Shown piece by piece: positions 48,854 through 62,325 of a stretch of 64,000 nt of DNA. Origin of the DNA: Amphiscolops sp. MND2022 (lineage: Eukaryota). The stretch is taken from positions 48,982,001-49,046,000 of the forward strand of contig OZ076409.1 in assembly GCA_964187785.1 (NCBI GenBank), read 5' to 3'. A program made the position numbers and the translations under genes. Below the pieces are notes generated by a model. The model saw nothing but the letters and a program-made list of their open reading frames with translations, was not told the DNA's origin and searched no databases. Every line of letters starts with the position of its first letter. The first letter of the stretch is position 1.

Positions 48854-50214
48854 TAAGTATACCAAATTGATAAAAACAAAAAGTCGTCAAAGTAGTCGGT
48901 ATCTATCCCATATCGCACCGACTAAAAAGTTGGTAATGTCGTTGCATAATTTCATTTTTTCAATCAGTTTTTCAATCTTTTCAATCAGTTTTTCAAGTTT
49001 TTCAATCTCTATAGAGAAAACATTTTTACACCCAATAAAAAAATAGATTCTGATGGCCCATTGTTTAGAGCAATATGTTTACAGGCATAATTTCGCTCGT
49101 TCGGTTTTAATAAATGTTTTTCAGGAAAAGCAACATAATGATTGAAATAAGTTGAAATTGAAGTTTCGAATCTGCAGCAAGTGGGATTGGCATCCGCACA
49201 TTTCATTTGTTTTCAATTTTTTAGTCTTTTAAACCAAATTTTGTTGTTTCAAAATTCACGTGCAGAACTTTCAAGAAATTTTAAACATTTCTACGGGTTC
49301 TAAATGTTCCACTGTCTTGTCCCCTTTGTTATTTTATAACTTCAGCTGTTTTGGGATTGTTTGTGTTTACAAAAAATTTCGTAGAATCTTGCTATGATCT
49401 TGCTTTGATTATGACAAAGATACCATGTGTTGCATGAGGCTTTTGACAATTTTCATGAGTTTCATTGGATCGAACACTCAACAATTTCCGGCTTTTGTTT
49501 CATCTTTGAAATTCATTCTGGCAGAAAGTAAATTCAAAGAGCTTACATTGAATATTATTCAACATAGACTGAGCTTAAAGTATGCTCGAACATTTTCATG
49601 GAACACTGATAATCATGACCCGTATACGATTATAGTCATGCCCGTATAAAATGTCTAAATGAAGGGCTCAAATTAGAATCTTCATGCACAAAAAGTAAAT
49701 GTATTATCATTTTCCGAAATTGCACAGGAAACTTCATACAACTTCAATATGCTAGGTATTTCCCCAGAGCAATTATTAGAGCAGTAATTGCCATCACATG
49801 TCTGATCATTTCAACTTTGTGCAGCTAACTTGAATTGTTGTAGCTTTGAGAGCCTAGTAGTGCTCCATGGTGTAAAATCACAGATTTTCTAGCAACCAAA
49901 GGTGATAGTAAAAAAAGTGCATGGAAAAGGTATTGCTAAGGAACAAAAAATTGCTTGCAGCGAATTTGAATGAAAAGAATATCAGAAAAAGATGTGTTCT
50001 GAGAAAAGAGATTTTCATATACCATTTGAAATCAACTTTTCATTTTTCCGGAGTCTTGATTTTAATTTCATTAAAACTCCACTTGAAATGATTCATGAAA
50101 TTTGTTCATGGCGCCTGTCTTAATTTCACGGTCGAATATTTTTCATTAAATTCAGACGCCATAAGAACGCTGCTTTCAACTATTCCCATAATTGCATACA
50201 AAACAATTCACTAA

Positions 50215-50418
50215 CCCGGGTTGACCTACCATGCAAATCATACTGTGTTTCCATTATATGAAACTAGTTGCCATACAAAAAAAAACATTTTATGATCATT
50301 TTATGACTAGGATGGATTTGATTTTTTGTACTGTCTTTGTTTGACTGAACTGTTTCCGTAAATCACCATATATGACTTTTTATGATTTGAAGGTTTTTTG
50401 TATGGAGGTCAACCCGGG
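50215..50418. mobile_element. Short MITE with CCCGGGTTGACCT TIRs
   Basis: Inverted termini related to 47849..48853; AA on both flanks. Confidence 0.75.
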
Positions 50419-50839
50419 AATTTATTTTACAGCTACGCTACAAGGTGTCCCTGAGAAGTCAATGCTTGGTGTGAGTTAAACTAACAAAGGTTTTACTACG
50501 TGTCCAAAAAATGGGCCATATTAACACGTTGGTCTCTAAAACACGACTAAAATGAGCTCAGATTGTGCACTTTTACAACTAAACTTCGTCAATATTGCTC
50601 GTTTTTGGGGCATCTAACGAAATTTTTTTAGTCTCCTTTATTTGTTGTATTGGATCTTAAACTGATATCACGTGTTTAAAAATGTCAAATATGTTTTTTA
50701 AATTTATGATGACGATTCAGTCAGAAACGTTTTCTGAAGATAACCTACATTGATCATGTTTTTTTACTGAGTTTCTCAATTCGAGTTTTTCAATGTCTTC
50801 AGTTTTCCACATCTACCTTAATGATGTACCTACCAAGAT

Positions 50840-51555
50840 ACATGATATGGCAAAGAATGGCCAATTTTTGGAAGACCATCGAAAGAGGGAATGGCAATTA
50901 CTCCGGTATGATCTACGGACCAATTGTGGGAAACAATCTTGAGAATAAATGGCTGATATCGATAAAAAACGTTCTAATTAATTGTGGCATACCCCGAGCA
51001 AACTAGTACGCTAACTTTATAAACGATGGTGAATTTCGGAATTCGTCAAACGTTGCTGCCAAGACCTTGCAATTCAATCTTGGCATATAAAGATACAAAC
51101 AAGTTCTTTATGTGAGACCTATAGCTTTTTCTAACATCGGCTGAAGTTGGACAGTTATCTACATTGTTTAAAACCACGCGACAGGACACAGCTAACTACT
51201 TTCAGGTGTGACCCATCTTTTTTACCCAATGTGCGTAACACAATAGCAAATGAAACTAGCCTTGTATCCCCTTTTTGTGGTTCGAAATGTAAGCCAGATG
51301 AATATCATGTTATTAACCTGTAATGAACTTAGCAAAAAGAGAGAAGAGCTCCTGTCGGAATTTTTATTTAAGTATCCGAATATCATAAAATTTGACCAGC
51401 TGATGAACTCGACCAATAATACTCAACCAAGAAACCTCGCCTCTTTGTGCGAATCTATCCGGACCCTCTGTTGTGCTAAATATGACATGTAGATACCAAA
51501 CCATTTTGTAATTTTTACGCCTCCGGGCAAGAAATGATTAATTTAATTAATTTAA
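50840..51555 (+). mobile_element. 5'-truncated, decayed non-LTR retrotransposon 3' end
   Basis: KWLISIKNVLINCG, then a frameshifted C-terminal PFCGSKCKPDEYH..LTC....KREELL cysteine motif and an AT-rich tail. Confidence 0.55.
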
Positions 51556-51666
51556 TTCTTTATTCGACCAATTTTGATGTATCATCCTTGAATTATCAAA
51601 CTATGATTTTATCTATCGATTTTATCCGAAGTTGGTAATATGACGTAATTGTTGCGTAACACTAAC

Positions 51667-51847
51667 TCAGAAGCACAGCAGGGTGAGTATCGGGAGCGAG
51701 AATAGCGACATCGGCAGATTTCTCGAGTCCCAGAATCTCGTCTGTGAAGTTGATCTTGAAAGAGGCTTCGGCGTAGTTGACTCGTACCAAATGGTGTTCT
51801 CGTCTCCACTGTCTGTCTTCTATCGTCCATCTCGGTCTTTCGGTCAA
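51667..51847 (-). CDS. TRPM: Preceding exon of the same TRPM-like gene
   Basis: ...KINF...ADVAILAPDTHPAVLL; TTCTTCAG acceptor and GTTAGT donor. A phase-1 join to 38836 gives DTHPAVLLNLLVKTW, matching the TRPM pattern DTxPxxLLxLxxxxW. Confidence 0.7.
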
Positions 51848-53609
51848 CTGAAGAACAAGAAAAAAAAGCAATTTGCCGAACGCCTTTCACTTTCATGGAA
51901 CAACCTCTCAAAAATTCATACGCTGCAACTGAACTGAACACGAGATTTTTAAAAAATGATTGAAAAACCAATCGATAGTGACATTTGCATTTCATGAAAA
52001 AAAAACGTTCACTGTGTGGTTCAAGTCCCTTTTGAGTCCGTGTGTCAATGTCAGAGCTCCAAAAGTACATCTCAATCAATATTGCTGTCAAATTTTTCCA
52101 ACAGTTTGAGCGGATAGCCGCCAGCTAAAAGCAGTCATGAAGAGATTTATTGTAAACAAAAGTCTCGATGTAGTCTGTCGAACATAAGATTAGCTCATAT
52201 TATTAACAGATCAGTACCATCAGCATCGAGACATTTTACATTCCTTGTTCTCATTTCATATTTCTATAAATTACCAAGATTCTCATCTCATATCGTCAAT
52301 TTAGCTCCTCGAATTTGGTTAATGATTTTGCGTGATTGAAACTCTAAAATATCAATGAATAAGGATGTAATCTAATGAAAACTACAAAAAACATATATGA
52401 TTTTGACATGAAAAACAATACAGGCATGCGAATAGTGAAATGTGCTTTAAATCTTTGATTTTAGTGACCACGTAAAGTGGACTTGAGAACGTGCAGCTTG
52501 ATACTGACTAAAGATCATACAGCAGTGAGCTGTCAGGTTTTTGCTAACTTGTTTTCAGGGCTTCTTATTGCTGTCAAGTTCTAATCACTCAGTATCGAAA
52601 AACAAGAGCGGTTGTTCATGAAAGGGAACTATGATTAATGATCCGACATATTTGCAAAGAAATCCTACTTAAAACATTTATACATGTATCAATCAATGAC
52701 CAAAGAACTGAAGCATCTAAAAAGAACAGAGAAAGAGCTAATACAGCTCGTCGAATCTCTGCTCTGTGTACTGCTAATTAGTTTTTATGTTCTTTTTACT
52801 TCACTAAAAAATTCACCATGATCGGAACTTCGTGGGCCAAACATGCAAGAAATTATGCTTGGATCTAAACTATCCGCGAGAAGACACGTCAAAATCTCCG
52901 TATCATTTTACTCACTATAGTGAAATCAGTGCTCTTCGAAAAAATTGCTAACTATCTCACTAGCATCCCCGATACTTCCAAGATGCCGAACATTCTCTGA
53001 AGGAATTGTCAGCAACCAGAGGAAATGAGAGTTGAGCTTACACAAAAAATGCTTGTCATTGTTTTGCTGATTTTTCCTAAAAACATGCCTTTAAAGGATC
53101 GCTGACGATACTTTTGTTCTACTCTTTTAGCTGACGGCATTTCCAGATTATGGCGATGATCTTCCTCTGAAAAATCGTATTGAATGAAGCTTGTTATCTA
53201 CAAGCTCATGAATGCCAAGATAGATTTTTCAGTAATGCAATATAATGAATGAAATATCGGATTAGCATAAATTGACGAGCAGTCTGATTTCCACTCCATT
53301 TTACTTTGAAAAAGTGGTGTAGAATTTAATCCAAATTAGTGTTTGAATCTGAAAGATAAGCAGTTCATGAATATCATTAAGCTGGATTGCAGACCAGGGC
53401 AATTCCTTCCAAAAGATCCTTAGAGAATAATTCCTGATCCATCAAAAGTCAAGATTTGTACACACGATTAAATGACAATGCAACTCAAAAGCTGAACAGA
53501 CCGTTGATTTTCCCAGTCTATCAGTTTTTGATTTTTCCTGAGGACCTAATATGGTCGGTAATTTTGAATAATGCATTTTTAGAATTAAATTAGAGTTGAT
53601 ACTAATGTG

Positions 53610-54968
53610 AAAAAGCCGTGACCGGCCCAAGTCGGCGCCCGCTCGTTGCAAAAATTTAAGTTTCTTGAATATGCGAAAAACGAAAAATAACCCTAAGGAT
53701 ACGCATAAGACTCGGATACAACATTTTCCCCAACTTAAAACACATAAAAACCATTTTTCGAAAAAATTCAAAAATATCAGAAAAACCATTTTTCGAAAAA
53801 ATTCATAATCCCGAAAAGGATTACCAGAAATTTCGTCGTCGGAAATTTCGTCGTCAGAAATTTTGTCGCAAGAAATTTCGTCTTGGGAAATTTCGTCGTC
53901 AGAAATTTCGTCGTCGGAAATTTCGTCGTCGGTGATTACGTTCTATAAAACGTCGCATTTCCTTTAATCTATTAGGAATCGTCTTATTATTGAGTCTTAA
54001 TATTTATCGATATTTGTGCAATAATTACTATCATTAACTACTTTTTGTTATGGTTTTGAAGTTTCAGACCTTATAACTCCCCATATACACCTGGTTTCTT
54101 ATCCCCCCAATACGAAGTTGTTTCGACACTTAAAGCAAAAATTTCCTTTACCAAAGGATTTTTTGATAATTTTCTGACAAAAAAGCAAAAATTCCCCCTG
54201 AAGCAATCTTGAATTGTATTGTAAAGCCCCGGTAAGTAGTTCCACCGGTAGGACTGAAAATATACCATTGCTTAATAAGCATCTTGATGAGTTGATTGAA
54301 TGCAATTAACTTTTTGACTCAATTTTGGTGTCAAAATGAAGCTTGTTCTTAAGATCTCATTTTAATAATTAAGTAATTGTATAATTGAAATGATATCTTT
54401 TGCTGAACGCTGTTATTCTAATCAAGACGACGAAATTTCCGACGACGAATTTTCTGACGACGAAATTTCTGGCGACGAAATTTTCGCTTCCCCCGAAAAG
54501 GAACTTTCAGCTCGCAAAACGCCCGAGAAGTGCCTAAACAAAGTATGACAAAGTATTGAGAATAAAACATTTTTTCGGTTGAGTTGTAGAACAAATAAGG
54601 TCTCACTATACCAAACAAACTCCGAAGGGGCACCCTTCGGCTTCAAATGAATTTGTATCAACTCTAAATTTCCTAAAAATTGAAAGGGAGACCCTTTTGT
54701 AACTTTTTCCTAAATACGTTATATCCGGTATACGCTCTATCCGGAATTCGTTATATCCGGTTTGCGTTAAATCCAGTATGGGTTGCGTTATTTACGAAGG
54801 GGACTCCTTTGTTGATCAAATGTAGTATGTAGATGGTCAAAAGGGACTTTAACAAAAATGCAGAACTTTCGGTAGGACTATTTAGGACAATTCAGTGTAT
54901 CGAGAAAAAAAACAGACGAAAAGCTATGACTGTAGTCGCTGTCTTAAAGAAAAGTGCCGACTAAAAAA
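53610..54968 (+). mobile_element. HINE/DINE-like non-autonomous repeat with a nested foldback insertion
   Basis: AAGTCGGCGC near the 5' end; AGTCG...GTGCCGACTAAAAAA at the 3' end. Confidence 0.5.
53818..54491. mobile_element. Foldback/MULE-like MITE with tandem GAAATTTCGTCGTC arms
   Basis: Inverted arrays 53826-53932 and 54424-54486; flanking direct repeat CCCGAAAA(G). Confidence 0.75.
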
Positions 54969-56866
54969 GGTGCCGAGAGAAATACCTGACCTCAATTAAA
55001 AAAGACTTGGAGAAAATAGAAGCAACGTTGTCTGAAAATTTGTCGGAAGATTGCAGCAGCTCAAGCAAATCACTTTGTTCATCAAGTACAACTCGTCCAG
55101 GAGGCATTGCCGTTTTGTTCATCTTTTGCAAGTAAAATTAGTTTTTTTTTCAAAAACAACATCGTTTTTGCAGGTAAAGCTGCTGATTATTCATAGGCAA
55201 ATTTTTCATTTTTCAAGGGCAAACGTGGTTCTGAATCACAAGCACACTTGACTGTGCCACCAACGTATTTGTATTTAAAAACAGCAGGTAGTTCTACCTG
55301 TGGCCCACTTCAACTCGAATTCTGGTCTTCGTTATTTCGAAGAAAGGTAGATAGAAGTAAAGTCAATTGATATCCTTTCATATTAGCGGTTTTGGCATAT
55401 CACATCACGGTATGATTTCAAAGCGGTCACAGTGCAAAATGCGTCACATAATGTTTGTGAATGTTTATTGAAACAATTAGACTAATGAGCAATTACGTAA
55501 TTAATGTGCTACATGCACTGGCAAACGTGCTAGCAAACAATAAACGAAAGGACGGACAAATGATTGACGAGCAGATGCGTTCGTTTGAGGTCGTTTAGGG
55601 TCACACTAAACAGAGGGAAAAGATCGGAAAAAGGGGGAAAATGCCGGGACCCGACGAGATTCGATTCCTTGAAACTCATGGATGATGTATTCTATCTGAG
55701 CCATGTTGAGGTACATTGTGAAGGTTGAAGGTCAACCATATCGGGAACATTGTTCGCAGACAACAAATTTGCCATCAGTCGGCATCACTACCCATGGACC
55801 AGAAGAAAACCGGAAACTACTAGATGCAAGCTGAAAGGTTGAAAGTACAATCCATTTGGCTTGTGGCTGAGCATGAAAAATTTTCCATGTTTGCAAAGGT
55901 AGACAGGACCAAAGGATTCCCTTTTTTGTCTTCTGGACACTGTGAGTGTTTTTTCAAAGAAGTTTCCTCACAAATTTTTTCTAAATGCGTCTTGTAGCTG
56001 TGTACAAAAAATTTGGAGACACCACTGCGCCGCCGTTTGTGTTATTTTAATTTCGGTTCTACAATGGGTCTTTGTCAAACAGTTCGAAATTAAAAACTGA
56101 AATAAAGAAAACCTCAAGTCAAACATTCGATGACCTTTCTTTCAGACTCAGCCAAACGAATTCAAGCTGATTTCGAGTTCCTTCAAACGGACGAAAAATT
56201 GATTGGTTTTAATGAGAAAGGTGAAAAATAGCTGGCTGATTCAAATCATTATTTGACTAACGTGAAAACAAAACAACCTTTTCAGGTCCTCATTGCCAAA
56301 AAATATTCCTGCAAAAAATCTCGGAATTTCCAAACAGGTCAAAGCCACTCCGTAGTGAATTACATCAGCAGACCATGAAACTAAAAGGAAAGAACAAAAG
56401 GTTCAGCCTTTCCTAACTAGTTTAATTTTTACAGTCTCTAAATCAAATTCCGGCAAGGTATGTATAAAATTGTGTCAAAAATTATTCAACAGGTTACATG
56501 AAACAAGTTCAAACATCAATGTTTGAATATTTTGAGCCACGTTTGTTTTAACAGGATATTAGTGTCGACAATAATAATATGCGAGTCGCAGTGGCAAACC
56601 AGTATTATTTTTCATATTTTACAACCAAACTTAGATTACATCCAAACTATATTCGTTATATCTGGCCCTTTGCGACGTTCTTTGCGGTAAAAGAGAATCG
56701 ACTGCTGGCATAATTCAACTCAAAAACAAAAATAATTTCGGGATTTGTTTGATTCGATCCCGCCACCTATATCTGGGAATTTCTGGAACGACTACTCCAC
56801 ACTAGTTCACCAATCAAGAATCTCATCCCATAATATTGAAAAGCACCAAAAGTATGTGAGTCAAAT

Positions 56867-57647
56867 GGTTTAGTATCATTTCACCCCACGTTCATTTCAC
56901 CCCATATCATTTCACCCCATGTCATTTCACCCCACATTCATTTCACCCCAGGTTCATTTCACCCCAGGTTCATTTCACCCCAGGTTAATTTCACCCCAAA
57001 TTCATTTCACCCCACGTTCATTTCACCCCACGTTCATTTCACCCCACGTTCATTTCACCCCACATTTAAATCATCAAATGCGTCTCAGATTAATTACTAA
57101 AGCCACCCAATTTCAATCTTAGCGCTACTCGAAAAGCGTCTTGAATCTAATTACCAATTAGATAAGCAAACGATGCTTTCTATGTGAACCACAAATTCGA
57201 AACCGAATAGTTTCATTTATCGGAATTGTAATACTTCTGAAAAAGGCGCTGAAAAAAAAAACAATTTTCTTCTGTCAATCAAAATTTACAATTATGGATG
57301 GTGCGAATCTTCAGCGAAAAATTTCTTATTCGGTGTTTCTACGGCAAAAAAAAATCCTACAGGTCAGAAACTGACAATCAAATCAAAGCTGACTCAAAGA
57401 CAGTAGACATCAAAGTTTAATTGCTAATTGGTTAATTAAGGCGAGACGCTTTTGTATAATTACAATATGGTGTGAAGTGAAAATGAGGTGAAATGAACGT
57501 GGGGTGAAATGATTGTGGGGTGAAATGAATGTGGGGTGAAATGAACGTGGGGTGAAATGAACGTGGGGTGAAATGAATGTGGGGTGAAATGATATGGGGT
57601 GAAGTGATATGGGGTGAAATGATTTTGGGGTGAAATGAACGCACACC
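56867..57647. mobile_element. Foldback/MULE-like MITE with tandem CATTTCACCCCA arms
   Basis: Inverted minisatellite arms; GG...CC ends; perfect 9-bp TSD GAGTCAAAT (56858-56866 and 57648-57656). Confidence 0.85.
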
Positions 57648-57884
57648 GAGTCAAATATTTCTCTGAATTAGAAATTTTTCGTTTTTTCAAGAGTGTATAA
57701 ACAACATATTTCATGGTTCTAATGTGTTTCAGGAAAATTCTAGAATCCTAACACCGAGTTTCACAAAAACACTCCATATGCACCGTTTTCGAATTTGCTC
57801 CACATGACCGTTTAAAGTTTCGCTTCAAGCACTAGACATAAACACAGTAGTTACGTCTAGGTAGAATGTTCTTCAATATTTGCA

Positions 57885-60800
57885 TGTTATATTCTACGAC
57901 TAAGAAACTAGGAAAGAGAAAAGCGTTTTAATTAAGCTTTCTAAATTCGTCCTGTATCACAAGCAACGGTATGACAAAATTAATAATGTTAAAACTAAGT
58001 TCTTTTTGAGTTTGTTTACTAACAATTCCATTAGTCATCAGTTTACGCATTCGATTAAATTTTGTCCGTCTACGATGTTTGTGATTATGAAACATCCATC
58101 TTCCATGTTTGCTATGACCAGATTCCTTAAACTCTGGATTACATGATCCGCTACTCTATTTCCTGTATTTATTCGGGGTGTGCAGCATTCGATTTCAATG
58201 TTCCTCTTTTTGCAAAACTCTCGGTATTCTTTCGAGATGAATGCTTCCCCTTTAATTGATTTGGTTTTCCAGGTATTCCGTAAAGGTTAAAATTACATAT
58301 TTATAATATAACTTATCACTTTTGTGTCTGATGTTTTACAAAAACTTACAGATAACCATTTCCTGAATCTATCCACTGCAAATAGTATTTGTACATCTAA
58401 GTAAATGTTTTGTCGTAAAATGTTCCCGTAAGATCAGTTTGTACTTCTTGTCCGGGTTTGGTTTCATTTTCAAATTTTCCGGAGTGTTTTTTCGGAAATT
58501 TGTATTTTAAATTTTTGAAAGTGCAGTCCTTGACTTTCGTTTCGATGCCATTTTTCTTCTCTGGCCATCACAAAATTTTTGCTTCGGTCTCCATCTTTGT
58601 CATTGCAGAGTGGCCGAAGTGTAGTATAGAAGCCGTCTTCTGATGTCGATAGGCAGTACCAGTTGAACGTCGATGAAGGCGAGGCCCCCGCGAATTGATA
58701 ACTTGTCGAATATCGGCTTGTATCAGTCCGGTTCGGTTTTCTCGCCATTCTCTCCTCATACTGCCTCTGACAATGGTGAGTTTTGGAAACAAGTGTATTC
58801 AGGTCCATCCTACATTCAAACGCTGCTTTTTCGATGTTTTCTTCGGTCGCTTTCTTGTTCGCTGTCAAATTTCCCTCGATATGGTTTATCTGGATGTAGT
58901 TTGCTTTCTTTCCGTCTGTATTGTACTTGTTTATTTCAATCATTGGCAGGTTATCTCCGCGCATTATTACACTGCTTTCATCCGGGGTTTCTTCGGGCTC
59001 TTCCGGTACTAGCTGATTTCCTCCACCGAGTCTATTCACTCATCTCATAAGTTCTGCGTCAATCTCAGCAATCTCTTCCCTACTACTTTCATTTGGTCGG
59101 CTGGTGCAAATACCGTTCGCTGGGTTTGATAGTCAAACCGGGGTATCAGGGTTCCCGGCGGGATATTGTGTTTCTCTGCTCCACTAATCTTCGTGTTTCC
59201 GGACTATTGTTGCGTCGTCTATTGATATCCATATCTTCACGGGTGGCTCCCCAGTGATGGACATTTTCGCGGTCCATGTTTTGAGTTCAAGTTTTCTTTC
59301 AATTTGAAGCTTGAATTGGAAGTGCTAATATCGGACTGCCCTGTTGAAGTTGTTTCGCTCTGTTCGGTTTCATTCACGAAGTTTTTGTTCTTTAACATTC
59401 TATTGGTTTTGATAGGTTTTTTTGTGGTCATTTTGTGCTTCAGGGTTGTCGGTATGTAATTCGGTTTTACCTTTGTTGCAATTTGATTGGTCTGCGCATG
59501 TTTGCCGGAATTTCAAGTTCAATTCAGCTTGTTCGGTTATAATGTTAATTACGTCTTCTTCATCGTAATCTTCCAGTGTGGCTCACATACCGGATTTCGG
59601 CTGAGATAATCGGTAAAATTCAAATTACCTGTCCGTCAATATGTTTTATTACGTTATCGAAAAGCGTCAATTGGTCTAACCACCGTGGTAATATCCTGCT
59701 ATATTGCCTATTATAGCAGTTCTGTTTATTTAATGGTTCTAATTCCTGGTGATGCGTGAATAAGGTAAACTTTCTTCCCGTATATATAAAATTGGAGTTT
59801 CTCTAATCCCTACACTATAGCTAGGAGTATTGTTCCCAGTTTAATTTAGGTATCTGCTACCGTATGTTATTGATTTTGTATTCCCATCGTCTTGTTTCTA
59901 CCACAATGAAATAACGACGCCAGTTGTGCAAGCATTTAATGTTACTATGTTATCTTTGTTTGTCGCATAGTGTGCTAGACATGGTCGTTCTGTTAACATT
60001 TGTTTTAGTTTTCCAAATTTTTTTGTTCCTTTTCTCCCCCTGTCCATGGTTCTTTCTTTTTCAGTAGTTCTCTCAGTCAATCAGTTCGTTGCAAAAAATT
60101 TGCGAAGATTTTTGCGATAGCCCCGAGAAATGATTTCATTTTTTTGTGTTTTCTTGTGTATTTAATTTAAGTATGGCTTCCACTTTCTCATCATTCGGTT
60201 TTCATCAATCTCGTGTCCCAAACAAGTTGTTTGACTCATGAAGAACTCGGATTTCCTCTTGCTCCCTCGTTAACCGCCTTTTTCTAACCGCCTTAACACC
60301 CGAAACACCCCAGAAGAGGCTAAAGAAAACAAAACCACGGGTTGTGTCATACCCCAAAGGATGTCCTGGAAGGCCCGAAGGAGATCAAGAACCCGGCGGT
60401 GGTTTGCCCGAAGATTTTGGAAACTGCATGAAGATCAGCATGTTTTATCATTTTCAGTGCATTTGTAGCTATTGCCCTTTATTTCGCATATTTATAATGG
60501 TTATCTACTTGATCCTTGTTTTGCCCATTTTAGATCTTATTCACAGAATTGATGTACTTTAGCTAAACCTCTGTTTTTTGGACTCGGAGGTATGTGGGAA
60601 GTCGCAGGACCACATTAGGAACCTAGGATTCGTTTTTACAGGCTTGTGGGGCGTGTCCGGATTTTGAGAATGCCGGCGCGTCGCCTCGAAGCTCTAATTA
60701 GAGGAGTCTCCTTAGACGAAAGAAAAATCCCCCTTGGAGACCTTTTTGGGATCAAAAACTAGTGTCTAGGGCTGTAGTAAGACAAGTAAGACAAGAGTGC

Positions 60801-62063
60801 CTGTTTAAGCACCCTAGTATCCCCTGAATTTTCCGCCTGTTAAAGCGGATACGCCTTGTCACTGGTTTCTTTAGATAGTTTGACTTGTCCGTATGCGTAG
60901 TCCAGGTCTATTTTTGAAACGATTAGTTGCTTCGTTCTGACACGAGTAATTTCTACCAAAGTTTGGTTCAGTAGCGCTTCCATATTCGACATGTGTGGTC
61001 TCATTTTGATGCAACAATCATTCAGTTCGGTGCATTCTATTTTTATCGATTTATCACTTTTTGCGGTTTTACAGTTAATACTACCGGGGATACAAAACAG
61101 TCGTCGTCTATATCCTTTCTTTTTTTCTCCAAATGGCCGAATTTTAACAACCTTTCTTGGTCTGTACTTCCCCGTAGACAGGTATGCCTTTTTGTTTTAC
61201 TGGGTAGTGTCCCGGTTTCACTTGAATTTTGTTTCGGGATCTTTTATTGTTTCGTCAATCTAAGTCTAGCCCGTATCTGTTTTTGATGTTTTCGTGTTCC
61301 ATATTTACCAGAAATATCTCCCAGAAATTAACCTCGTTTTTGTTTACGTTTTGGTATCTACTTGTTACTTTCTGTCTTTCGGTTAATTTCAGTATCTTTT
61401 CCTCTTGTGGCGTTATCGTTATTGGTGATCCGTTAAGATCGTTAAGATCATTCTTTTTCAATTTCAATCAGTCGTCTCCATAATTCTTCGGTTGTTTCGT
61501 CTTCAGTTAGTTTAGCCCAGAAAAAACCTCCGCGGTTGTGGTGTGTATTGCATCTTGGTGGCTAATATTTGGTGAATAACCGAATCAAGTTTTTTAATTT
61601 TATACTGTCTGGTTATTTTTGTACTCGGCTCGGCTTATTTGATACAGTGTTTCGGGTCCCACTCCCCAGATGAACTCGTCTAGGATAAGTTGTTCTTTTC
61701 CTGTCCATCCGGATTCAGTGACGTCTTCTCCTTTTAGTACTGTAGCAATGTCTATTTTATGTTCCCGCTTCGTAAATTGTCCGAATCGTTCTAACCACAG
61801 TCTCGGTGTAAATGCTGCGTTTTTTTCTTTGCTTCCAGGTGCGGTACTGTGTTTTTCGCAGCCGCAAAAAGTTCTAATGTCTTCGTTCTAAACACTCGCC
61901 TATGTGCTATGTTATATTCTACAACTAAAAAATTAGGAAAGCTAAAAAAGTTTTTAAAGTTAGCTTTCTAATTTCATACTGTATCACAAGCAACGATATC
62001 ACAAAATGAAAAATGTTTAATCTAGGTTCTTTTTGAGTTTTTTTACTAACAACTCCAATAGTC
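57885..62063 (-). mobile_element. Old decayed Gypsy element D
   Basis: Diverged direct repeats ~57885..58036 and ~61910..62063; RT remnant KIDLDYAYGQVKLS (~60900), RNase H remnant LTERPCLAHY (~59980), integrase remnant LHFGHSAMTKM (~58610). Confidence 0.8.
60296..60350 (+). repeat. Interspersed repeat end, second copy at 63947..64000
   Basis: ACACCCGAAA..CCCAGAAGAGGCTAAAGA.AACAAAACCACGGGTTGTGTCA in both places; this copy interrupts element D. Confidence 0.7.
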
Positions 62064-62197
62064 TTCTAGACTATTGTTCATGAACCGAGAGGTCAAGGAA
62101 AACGGATGAACCCTTTAACAGTGGATACTTGAAATTTTATGCAGAGATTTAACAGACAAATTGGCAGAAAAACCTACGTTGTCGCAAAGACAACTTT

Positions 62198-62325
62198 TTG
62201 TGCTGTATATGAAATTCGTTCGTGAACGAGCAGCTTCATGTGCCTGCAAGCTATAATAGCTTGTGCTGTATATGAAATTCGTTCGTGAACGAGCAGCTTC
62301 ATGTGCCTGCAAGCTATAATAGCTT
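62198..62325 (+). repeat. Perfect 64-bp tandem duplication
   Basis: TTGTGCTGTATATGAAATTCG...GCTATAATAGC twice. Confidence 0.9.

Noticed and set aside
55610..55850. GC-richer stretch as another host exon
   Set aside because: No frame gave a convincing open, recognisable peptide with both splice sites.
56919..57714. FHPTFISPH repeat ORFs
   Set aside because: Translations of the minisatellite arms of a foldback MITE.
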